Shown: positions 26,316 to 37,900 of the stretch, piece after piece
Position numbering within the stretch: the first letter of the stretch is position 1
Layout: every line of letters starts with the position of its first letter
From: Ranitomeya imitator
Lineage: Eukaryota
Assembly: GCF_032444005.1 (NCBI RefSeq)
Contig: NC_091283.1
Coordinates: 23,560,001 to 23,624,000, forward strand
Length of the DNA stretch: 64,000 nt
Direction: 5' to 3'
Notes under the pieces: generated by a model
Database searches by the model: none
What the model was told of the DNA's origin: nothing
What the model saw: only the letters and a program-made list of their open reading frames with translations
Translations under genes and position numbers: made by a program

Positions 26316-28280
26316 GTGCTGGAGGCGCAAAGGGAGGATGAAGCCACGTGTCTGCGGGGGGACATGGCGCAAAGGGAGGATGAAGCCACGTGTCTGCGGG
26401 GGGACATGGCGCAGAGGGAGGATGAGGCCACAAGTCTGCGGGGGACATGGCGCAGAGGGAGGATGAGGCCACAAGTCTGCGGGGGGACATGGCGCAGAGG
26501 GAGGATGAGGCCACGTGTCTGCGGGGGGACATGGCGCAGAGGGAGGATGAGGCCACATGTCTGCGGGGGGACATGGCGCAGAGGGAGGATGAGGCCACAT
26601 GTCTGCAGGGGGACATGGTGCAGAGGGAGGATGAGGCCACCTGTCTGCGGGGGGACATGGCGCAGAGGGAGGATGAGGCCACGTGTCTGCAGGGGGACAT
26701 GGCGTAGAGGGAGGATGAGGCCACGTGTCTGCGAGAGGATATGGCGCACAAGGAGGATGAGGCCACGTGTCTGCGGGGGGACATGGTGCAGAGGGAGAAT
26801 GAGGCCACGTGTCTGCGAGGGGACATGGCGCAGAGGGAGGATGAAGCCACGTGTCTGCACCCCCTGCAGATGGGGTGAGGTGAGGAGTGGGCCACGTGTC
26901 TGCGGGGGACATGGCGCAGAGGGAGGATGAGGCCACGTGTCTGTGAGGGGATATGGCGCAGAGGGAGGATGAGGCCACGTGTCTGTGAGGGGATATGGCG
27001 CAGAGGGAGGATGAGGCCACGTGTCTGTGAGGGGATATGGCGCAGAGGGAGGATGAGGCCACGTGTCTGTGAGGGGACATGGCGCAGAGGTAGAATGAGG
27101 CCACGTGTCTGCGGGGGGACATGGCGCAGAGGGAGGATGAGGCCACAAGTCTGCGGGGGGACATGGCGCAGAGGGAGGATGAGGCCACATGTCTGCAGGG
27201 GGACATGGTGCAGAGGGAGGATGAGGCCACCTGTCTGCGGGGGGACATGGCGCAGAGGGAGGATGAGGCCACGTGTCTGCAGGGGGACATGGCGCAGAGG
27301 GAGGATGAGGCCACGTGTCTGCGAGAGGATATGGCGCACAAGGAGGATGAGGCCACGTGTCTGCGGGGGGACATGGTGCAGAGGGAGAATGAGGCCACGT
27401 GTCTGCGAGGGGACATGGCGCAGAGGGAGGATGAAGCCACGTGTCTGCACCCCCTGCAGATGGGGTGAGGATTAGGCCACGTGTCTGCGGGGGACATGGC
27501 GCAGAGGGAGGATGAGGCCACGTGTCTGTGAGGGGATATGGCGCAGAGGGAGGATGAGGCCACGTGTCTGTGAGGGGATATGGCGCAGAGGGAGGATGAG
27601 GCCACGTGTCTGCGGGGGGCATGGTGCAGAGGGAGAATGAGGCCACGTGTCTGCGGAGGGACATGGTGCAGAGGGAGTATGAGGCCACGTGTCTGCAGTG
27701 GGACATGGCGCAGAGGGAGTATGAGGCCACGTGTCTGCGGGGGGACATGGCGCAAAGGGAGAATGAGGCCACGTGTCTGCGGGGGGACATGGCACAGGAG
27801 GATGAGGCCACGAGTCTGCGGGGGGACATGGCGCAGAGGGAGAATGAGGCCACGTGTCTGCAGGGAGACATGGCACAGAAGGATGAGACCACGTGTCTGC
27901 AGGGGGGACATGGCGCAGAGGGAGGATGAGGCCACGTGTCTGTGGGGGACATGGTGCAAAGGGAGAATGAGGCCACGTGTCTGCGGAGGGACATGGCGCA
28001 GAGGTAGAATGAGGCCACGTGTCTGCAGGGGGGACATGGCACAGAGGGAGGATGAGGCCACGTGTCTGCAGGGGGATATGGCTCAGAGGGAGGATGAGGC
28101 CATGTGTCTGCGGGGGACATGGCGCAGAGGGAGGATGAGGCCATGTGTCTGCGGGGGACATGACGCAGAGGGAGAATAGGCCACGTGTCTTCAGGGGACA
28201 TGGCGCAGAGGGAGGATGAAGCCACGTGTCTACGGGAGACATGGCGCAGAGGGAGGATGAGGCCACGTGTCTGCGGGGAC
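26316..28280. repeat. Minisatellite, 42 bp unit (atggcgcagagggaggatgaggccacgtgtctgcggggggac)
   Basis: About 45 tandem copies; 14-codon periodicity in the ORF track (MAQREDEATCLRGD). Confidence 0.96.
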
Positions 28281-28799
28281 TGATGTCCACTGCTACTTCT
28301 TCCCTGAGCCTTCCTTCTCTCTTCACCTTCCTTTCCGCTCATATGAGGATGTTTTGTGCTGGACATATTGTAAAGCTTTAATAAGTCTTGACTTGGAACC
28401 ATCCACACCTGGTTCACAACCTCCCCCCATTGTGGGGTGACGGACCGGTTCTGACGTCAAAGCTTCTGATCTCGCTCCTCGTTGCAAACAACTAAACCAA
28501 AAATAAAGAGGCGACTATTTCTGCTGCTGCTTATCAGAGATTCAGGGCCACGGAGCCGGGTGCAGAGCCGGTGCGGAGTGCAGAGCGCAGAGGAATATTC
28601 CGTTCTCCATCGTACCCGAGTATGTGATGTGTCAGCAGCGCTTGTCCGTAATCGTGGGGTGCGCATATTGTCACGGGGTGCGCATATTGTGGGGTCACTG
28701 CGATGCTGGGACCTCCGGAGTCCTATCGGATTGGACAGATTAGCTGATAATAAATAACTCCTTTATATAACATCGGCCACATCAGATATCTTCCGTTAT

Positions 28800-28873
28800 C
28801 AGCTCCCCGGGGACACTCCTCTCCGGAATAAATAGAGGGACGTGGAGCAGGACTCAGACACAGCCAAGCAACG
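28800..28873 (+). promoter_or_regulatory. Putative promoter and non-coding first exon of pglyrp1 copy B
   Basis: GGGACACTCC (fits the kB consensus GGGRNNYYCC) at 28810-28819, ATAAATA at about 28828, donor ACG|GTAAGT at 28874, acceptor TCCAG| at 28945. Confidence 0.65.
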
Positions 28874-28957
28874 GTAAGTGACACTGGACATCTGCGGCCC
28901 CGGCCAGGAGGCTCCTCACCCTGACCCTCCGCTTCTCTCCTCCAGGTCTAAGCAGCC

Positions 28958-31900
28958 ATGTTGCGTCTTGTCGTTCTCGTCGCCCTCTGCGCAGTCACTC
29001 ATGGTGAGTAGAGGATATATGACCTTCTAATAGGGTGAACTGTGGGGGATACGGTCACACAGACATTTCTCCCTACAACTAACGGCACAGGTGCGACATC
29101 CATGACACATCCCATCATTGGTAACCTCCAGCAGTGTAACACAACTGCAGCCCAATAACAGAGTATGATGTGGATTCTGGACCTAAATCCACACAAAACC
29201 TGATTCACTGGCAGCATGCATGGAATAAGCTCCAGAGCTCCCCCTACTGGTGGCAACACAGGATCTTATCATGTATCTCTGTATACAGGGAGCTCTCCCT
29301 AGTGGTGACTGCAGACAGGATATTATCATGTATCTCTGTATACAGGGAGCTCCCCCTAGTGGTGGCTGCAGACAGGATCTTATCATGTATCTCTGTATAC
29401 AGGGAGCTCCCCCTAGTGGTGACTGCAGACAGGATCTTATCATGTATCTCTGTATACAGGGAGCTCCCCCTAGTGGTGACTGCAGACAGGATCTTATCAT
29501 GTATCTCTGTATACAGGGAGCTCCCCCTAGTGGTGGCTGCAGACAGGATCTTATCATGTATCTCTGTTTACAAAGAGATCCCCCTAGTGGTGGCTGCAGA
29601 CAGGATCTTATCATGTATCGCTGTATACAGGGAGCTCCCCCTAGTGGTGGCTGCAGACAGCATCTTATCATTTATCTCTGTATACAGGGAGCTCCCCCTA
29701 GTGGTGACTGCAGGCAGGATCTTATCATGTATCTCTGTATACAGGGAGCTCCTCCTAGTGGTGGCTGCAGACAGGATCTTATCATGTATCTCTGTATACA
29801 GGGAGCTCCTCCTAGTGGTGGCTGCAGACAGGATCTTATCATGTATCTCTGTATACAGGGAGCTCCCCCTAGTGGTGGCTGCAGACAGGATCTTATCATG
29901 TATCTCTGTATATAGGGAGCTCCCCCTAGTGGTGGCTGCAGACAGGATCTTATCATGTATCTCTGTATACAGGGAGCTCCTCCTAGTGGTGGCTGCAGAC
30001 AGGATCTTATGTATCTCTGTATACAGGGAGCTCCCCCTAGTGGTGGCTGCAGACAGAATCTTATCATGTATCTCTGTATACAGGGAGCTCCCCCTAGTGG
30101 TGGCTGCAGACACAATCTTATCATATATCTCTGTATACAGGGAGCTCCCCCTAGTGGTGGCTGCAGACAGGATCTTATCATGTATCTCTGTATACAGGGA
30201 GCTCCCCCTAGTGGTGGCTGCAGACAGGATCTTATCATGTATCTCTGTATACAGGGAGCTCCCCCTAGTGGTGACTGCAGACAGGATCTTATGGTGTATC
30301 TCTGTAAAGGGAGCTCCCCCTAGTGGTGGCTGCAGACAGGATCCTATCCTGTATCTCTGTATACAGGGAGCTCCCCCTAGTGGAGGCTGCAGACAGGATC
30401 TTATCATGTAAGAGGGGACGGGAAGAAAAAAGAGGGGACGGGAAGAAAAACATTAGACTTGAACAAAGAAGATCCAGGAAAACATACTCAGAAGGGAGGT
30501 AAGAACATTTCTAAAAAAATCCACAGCGAGGAGATTGGAACAAAACAAAATCCTCTAAACTGCATGCTCGCAAACGCCAGAAGCCTGACAAACAAGATGG
30601 AAGAACTAGAAGCAGAAATATCTACAGGTAACTTTGACATAGTGGGAATAACTGAGACATGGTTAGATGAAAGCTATGACTGGGCAGTTAACTTACAGGG
30701 TTACAGTCTGTTTAGAAAGGATCGTAAAAATCGGAGAGGAGGAGGGGTTTGTCTCTATGTAAAGTCTTGTCTAAAGTCCACTTTAAGGGAGGATATTAGC
30801 GAAGGAAATGAGGATGTCGAGTCCATATGGGTCGAAATTCATGGAGGGAAAAATGGTAACAAAATTCTCATTGGGGTCTGTTACAAACCCCCAAATATAA
30901 CAGAAACCATGGAAAGTCTACTTCTAAAGCAGATAGATGAAGCTGCAACCCATAATGAGGTCCTGGTTATGGGGGACTTTAACTACCCGGATATTAACTG
31001 GGAAACAGAAACCTGTGAAACCCATAAAGGCAACAGGTTTCTGCTAATAACCAAGAAAAATTATCTTTCACAATTGGTGCAGAATCCAACCAGAGGAGCA
31101 GCACTTTTAGACCTAATACTATCTAATAGACCTGACAGAATAACAAATCTGCAGGTGGTCGGGCATCTAGGAAATAGCGACCACAATATTGTACAGTTTC
31201 ACCTGTCTTTCTCTAGGGGGACTTGTCAGGGAGTCACAAAAACACTGAACTTTAGGAAGGCAAAATTTGACCAGCTTAGAGATGCCCTTAATCTGGTAGA
31301 CTGGGACAATATCCTCAGAAATAAGAATACAGACAATAAATGGGAAATGTTTAAGAACATCCTAAATAGGCACTGTAAGCGGTTTATACCTTGTGGGAAT
31401 AAAAGGACTAGAAATAGGAAAAACCCAATGTGGCTAAACAAAGAAGTAAGACAGGCAATTAACAGTAAAAAGAAAGCATTTGCACTACTAAAGCAGGATG
31501 GCACCATTGAAGCTCTAAAAAACTATAGGGAGAAAAATACTTTATCTAAAAAACTAATTAAAGCTGCCAAAAAGGAAACAGAGAAGCACATTGCTAAGGA
31601 GAGTAAAACTAATCCCAAACTGTTCTTCAACTATATCAATAGTAAAAGAATAAAAACTGAAAATGTAGGCCCCTTAAAAAATAGTGAGGAAAGAATGGTT
31701 GTAGATGACGAGGAAAAAGCTAACATATTAAACACCTTCTTCTCCACGGTATTCACGGTGGAAAATGAAATGCTAGGTGAAATCCCAAGAAACAATGAAA
31801 ACCCTATATTAAGGGTCACCAATCTAACCCAAGAAGAGGTGCGAAACCGGCTAAATAAGATTAAAATAGATAAATCTCCGGGTCCGGATGGCATACACCC

Positions 31901-34900
31901 ACGAGTACTAAGGGAACTAAGTAATGTAATAGATAAACCATTATTTCTTATTTTTAGTGACTCTATAGCGACAGGGTCTGTTCCGCAGGACTGGCGCATA
32001 GCAAATGTGGTGCCAATATTCAAAAAGGGCTCTAAAAGTGAACCTGGAAATTATAGGCCAGTAAGTCTAACCTCTATTGTTGGTAAAATATTTGAAGGGT
32101 TTCTGAGGGATGTTATTCTGGATTATCTCAATGAGAATAACTGTTTAACTCCATATCAGCATGGGTTTATGAGAAATCGCTCCTGTCAAACCAATCTAAT
32201 CAGTTTTTATGAAGAGGTAAGCTATAGGCTGGACCACGGTGAGTCATTGGACGTGGTATATCTCGATTTTTCCAAAGCGTTTGATACCGTGCCGCACAAG
32301 AGGTTGGTACACAAAATGAGAATGCTTGGTCTGGGGGAAATTGTGTGTAAATGGGTTAGTAACTGTCTTAGTGATAGAAAGCAGAGGGTGGTTATAAATG
32401 GTATAGTCTGTAACTGGGTCGCTGTGACCAGTGGGGTACCGCAGGGGTCAGTATTGGGACCTGTTCTCTTCAACATATTCATTAATGATCTGGTAGAAGG
32501 TTTACACAGTAAAATATCGATATTTGCAGATGATACAAAACTATGTAAAGCAGTTAATACAAGAGAAGATAGTATTCTGCTACAGATGGATCTGGATAAG
32601 TTGGAAACTTGGGCTGAAAGGTGGCAGATGAGGTTTAACAATGATAAATGTAAGGTTATACACATGGGAAGAAGGAATCAATATCACCATTACACACTGA
32701 ATGGGAAACCACTGGGTAAATCTGACAGGGAGAAGGACTTGGGGATCCTAGTTAATGATAAACTTACCTGGAGCAGCCAGTGCCAGGCAGCAGCTGCCAA
32801 GGCAAACAGGATCATGGGGTGCATTAAAAGAGGTCTGGATACACATGATGAGAGCATTATACTGCCTCTGTACAAATCCCTAGTTAGACCGCACATGGAG
32901 TACTGTGTCCAGTTTTGGGCACCGGTGCTCAGGAAGGATATAATGGAACTAGAGAGAGTACAAAGGAGGGCAACAAAATTAATAAAGGGGATGGGAGAAC
33001 TACAATACCCAGATAGATTAGCGAAATTAGGATTATTTAGTCTAGAAAAAAGACGACTGAGGGGCGATCTAATAACCATGTATAAGTATATAAGGGGACA
33101 ATACAAATATCTCGCTGAGGATCTGTTTATACCAAGGAAGGTGACGGGCACAAGGGGGCATTCTTTGCGTCTGGAGGAGAGAAGGTTTTTCCACCAACAT
33201 AGAAGAGGATTCTTTACTGTAAGGGCAGTGAGAATCTGGAATTGCTTGCCTGAGGAGGTGGTGATGGCGAACTCAGTCGAGGGGTTCAAGAGAGGCCTGG
33301 ATGTCTTCCTGGAGCAGAACAATATTGTATCATACAATTAGGTTCTGTAGAAGGACGTAGATCTGAGGATTTATTATGATGGAATATAGGCTGAACTGGA
33401 TGGACAAATGTCTTTTTTCGGCCTTACTAACTATGTTACTATGTATCTCAGTATACAGAGAGCTCCCCCTAGTGGTGACTGCAGACAGGATCTTATCATT
33501 TATCTCTGTATACAGGGAGCTCCCCCTAGTGGTGACTGCAGACAGGATCTTATCATGTATCTCTCTATACAGGGAGCTCCCCTAGTGGTGGCTGCAGACA
33601 GGATCTTATCATGTATCTCTGTATACAGGGAGCTCCCCCTAGTGGTGGCTGCAGACAGGATCTTATCATGTATCTCTGTATACAGGGAGCTCCCCCTAGT
33701 GGTGACTGCAGACAGGATCTTATCATGTATCTCTCTATACAGGGAGCTCCCCCTAGTGGTGACTGCAGACAGGATCTTATCATGTATCTCTCTATACAGG
33801 GAGCTCCCCCTAGTAGTGGCTGCAGAGAGGATCTTATCATGTATCTCTGTATACATGGAGCTCCTCCTACTGGTGACTGCAGACAGGATCTTATCATGTA
33901 TCTCTGTATACAGGGAGCTCCCCCTAGTGGTGGCTGCAGACAGGATCTTATCATGTATCTCTGTATACAGGGAGCTCCCCCTAGTGGTTACTTCAGACAG
34001 GATCTTATCATGTATCTGTATACAGGGAGCTCCCCCTAGTGGTGACTGCAGACAGAATATTATCATGTATCTCTGTATACTGTAGAATGTAAGCCCGCAA
34101 GGGCAGGGTCCTTGCCCCTCTGTATCAGTCCGTCATTGTTAGTTTGTTTACTGTATGTGATATTTGTAACTTGTATGTAACCCCTTCTCATGTACAGCAC
34201 CATGGAATCAATGGTGCTATATAAATAAATAATAATATACAGGGAGCTCCCCCTAGTGGTGACTGCAGACAGGATCTTATGTATCTCTGTATACAGGGAG
34301 CTCCCCCTAGTGGTGGCTGCAGACAGGATCTTATCATGTATCTCTGTATACATGGAGCTCCCCCTAGTGGTGGCTGCAGACAGGATCTTATCATGTATCT
34401 CTGTATACAGGGAGCTCCCCCTAGTGGTGGCTGCAGACAGGATCTTATCATGTATCTCTGTATACAGGGAGCTCCCCCTAGTGGTGACTGCAGACAGGAT
34501 CTTATCATGTATCTCTGTATACAGGGAGCTCCCCCTAGTGGTGGCTGCAGACAGGATCTTATCATGTATCTCTGTATACAGAGAGCTCCCCTAGTGGTGG
34601 CTACAGACAGGATCTTATCATGTATCTCTGTATACAGGGAGCTCCCCCTAGTGGTGGCTGCAGACAGGATCTTATCATGTATCTCTGTATACAGGGAGCT
34701 CCCCCTAGTGGTGGCTGCAGACAGGATCTTATGTATCTGTATACAGGGAGCTCCCCCTAGTGGTGGCTGCAGACAGGATCTTATCATGTATCTCTGTATA
34801 CAGGGAGCTCCCCCTAGTGGTGACTGCAGACAGAATCTTATCATGTATCTCTGTATACAGGGAGCTCCCCCTAGTGGTGGCTGCAGACAGGATCTTATGT

Positions 34901-37900
34901 ATCTGTATACAGGGAGCTCCCCCTAGTGGTGGCTGCAGACAGGATCTTATCATGTATCTCTGTATACAGGGAGCTCCCCCTAGTGGTGGCTGCAGGCCGA
35001 ATCTTATTACTCTTTGTATACAGGGAGCTCCCCCTAGTGGTGGCTGCAGACAGGATCTTATCATGTATCTCTGTATACAGGGAGCTCCCCCTAGTGGTGG
35101 CTGCAGACAGGATCTTATCATGTATCTCTGTATACAGGGAGCTCCCCCTAGTGGTGACTGCAGACAGGATCTTATCATGTATCTCTGTATACAGAGAGCT
35201 CCCCTAGTGGTGGCTACAGACAGGATCTTATCATGTATCTCTGTATACAGAGAGCTCCCCTAGTGGTGGCTACAGACAGGATCTTATCATGTATCTCTGT
35301 ATACAGGGAGCTCCCCCTAGTGGTGGCTGCAGACAGGATCTTATCATGTATCTCTGTATACAGGGAGCTCCCCCTAGTGGTGGCTGCAGACAGGATCTTA
35401 TGTATCTGTATACAGGGAGCTCCCCCTAGTGGTGGCTGCAGACAGGATCTTATCATGTATCTCTGTATACAGGGAGCTCCCCATAGTGGTGACTGCAGAC
35501 AGAATCTTATCATGTATCTCTGTATACAGGGAGCTCCCCCTAGTGGTGGCTGCAGACAGGATCTTATGTATCTGTATACAGGGAGCTCCCCCTAGTGGTG
35601 GCTGCAGACAGGATCTTATCATGTATCTCTGTATACAGGGAGCTCCCCCTAGTGGTGGCTGCAGGCCAAATCTTATTTCTCTTTGTATACAGGGAGCTCC
35701 CCCTAGTGGTGTTGCAGACAGGATCTTATCATGTATCTCTGTATACAGGGAGCTCCCCCTAGTGGTGGCTGCAGACAGGATCTTATCGTGTATCTCTGTA
35801 TACAGGGAGCTCCCCCTAGTGGTGGCTGCAGACAGGATCTTATCATGTATCTCTGTATACAGGGAGCTCCCCCTAGTGGTGGCTGCAGACAGAATCTTAT
35901 TTCTCTTTGTATACAGGGAGCTCCCCCTAGTGGTGACTGCAGACAGGATCTTATCATGTATCTCTGTATACAGGGAGCTCCCCCTAGTGGTGACTGCAGA
36001 CAGAATCTTATCATGTATCTCTGTACACAAGGAGCTCCCTCTAGAGGTTGCTGCAGAGAGGATCTTATCATGTATCTCTGTATACATGGAGCTCCTCCTA
36101 CTGGTGACTGCAGACAGGATCTTATCATGTATCTCTGTATACAGGGAGCTCCCCCTAGTGGTGGCTGCAGACAGGATCTTATCATGTATCTCTGTATACA
36201 GGGAGCTCCCCCTAGTGGTGGCTGCAGACAGGATCTTATCATGTATCTCTGTATACAGGGAGCTCCCCCTAGTGGTGGCTGCAGACAGGATCTTATCATG
36301 TATCTCTGTATACAGGGAGCTCCCCCTAGTGGTGACTGCAGACAGGATCTTATCATGTATCTCTGTATACAGGGAGCTCCTCCTAGTGGTGGCTGCAGAC
36401 AGGATCTTATCATGTATCTCTGTATACAGGGAGCTCCCCCTAGTGGTGACTGCAGACAGGATCTTATCATGTATCTGTATACAGGGAGCTCCCCCTAGTG
36501 GTGACTGCAGACAGAATATTATCATGTATCTCTGTATACTGTAGAATGTAAGCCCGCAAGGGCAGGGTCCTTGCCCCTCTGTATCAGTCCGTCATTGTTA
36601 GTTTGTTTACTGTATGTGATATTTGTAACTTGTATGTAACCCCTTCTCATGTACAGCACCATGGAATCAATGGTGCTATATAAATAAATAATAATATACA
36701 GGGGGCTCCCCCTAGTGGTGACTGCAGACAGGATCTTATCATGTATCTCTGTATACAGGGAGCTCCCCCTAGTGGTGGCTGCAGACAGGATCTTATCATG
36801 TATCTCTGTATACAGGGAGCTCCCCCTAGTGGTGGCTGCAGACAGGATCTTATCATGTATCTCTGTATACAGGGAGCTCCCCCTAGTGGTGACTGCAGAC
36901 AGGATCTTATCATGTATCTCTGTATACAGGGAGCTCCCCCTAGTGGTGGCTGCAGACAGGATCTTATCATGTATCTCTGTATACAGAGAGCTCCCCTAGT
37001 GGTGGCTACAGACAGGATCTTATCATGTATCTCTGTATACAGGGAGCTCCCCCTAGTGGTGGCTGCAGACAGGATCTTATCATGTATCTCTGTATACAGG
37101 GAGCTCCCCCTAGTGGTGGCTGCAGACAGGATCTTATGTATCTGTATACAGGGAGCTCCCCCTAGTGGTGGCTGCAGACAGGATCTTATCATGTATCTCT
37201 GTATACAGGGAGCTCCCCCTAGTGGTGACTGCAGACATAATCTTATCATGTATCTCTGTATACAGGGAGCTCCCCCTAGTGGTGGCTGTAGACAGGATCT
37301 TATGTATCTGTATACAGGGAGCTCCCCCTAGTGGTGGCTGCAGACAGGATCTTATCATGTATCTCTGTATACAGGGAGCTCCCCCTAGTGGTGGCTGCAG
37401 GCCGAATCTTATTTCTCTTTGTATACAGGGAGCTCCCCCTAGTGGTGAGTGCAGACAGGATCTTATCATGTATCTCTGTATACAGGGAGCTCCCCCTAGT
37501 GGTGGCTGCAGACAGGATCTTATCGTGTATCTCTGTATACAGGGAGCTCCCCCTAGTGGTGGCTGCAGACAGGATCTTATCATGTATCTCTGTATACAGG
37601 GAGCTCCCCCTAGTGGTGACTGCAGACAGAATCTTATCATATATCTCTGTATACAGGGAGCTCCCCCTAGTGGTGGCTGCAGACAGGATCTTATCATGTA
37701 TCTCTGTATACAGGGAGCTCCCCCTAGTGGTGGCTGCAGGCAGAATCTTATTTCTCTTTGTATACAGGGAGCTCCCCATAGTGGTGACTGCAGACAGGAT
37801 CTTATCATGTATCTCTGTATACAGGGAGCTCCCCCTAGTGGTGGCTGCAGACAGGATCTTATCGTGTATCTCTGTATACAGGGAGCTCCCCCTAGTGGTG

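Noticed and set aside
26126-28417. 763 aa minus-strand ORF (and 613 and 383 aa overlapping ORFs) with short unique flanks
   Set aside because: The 42 bp unit is a multiple of 3 and stop-poor in several frames; frames switch within the array; no recognisable domain or splice support.
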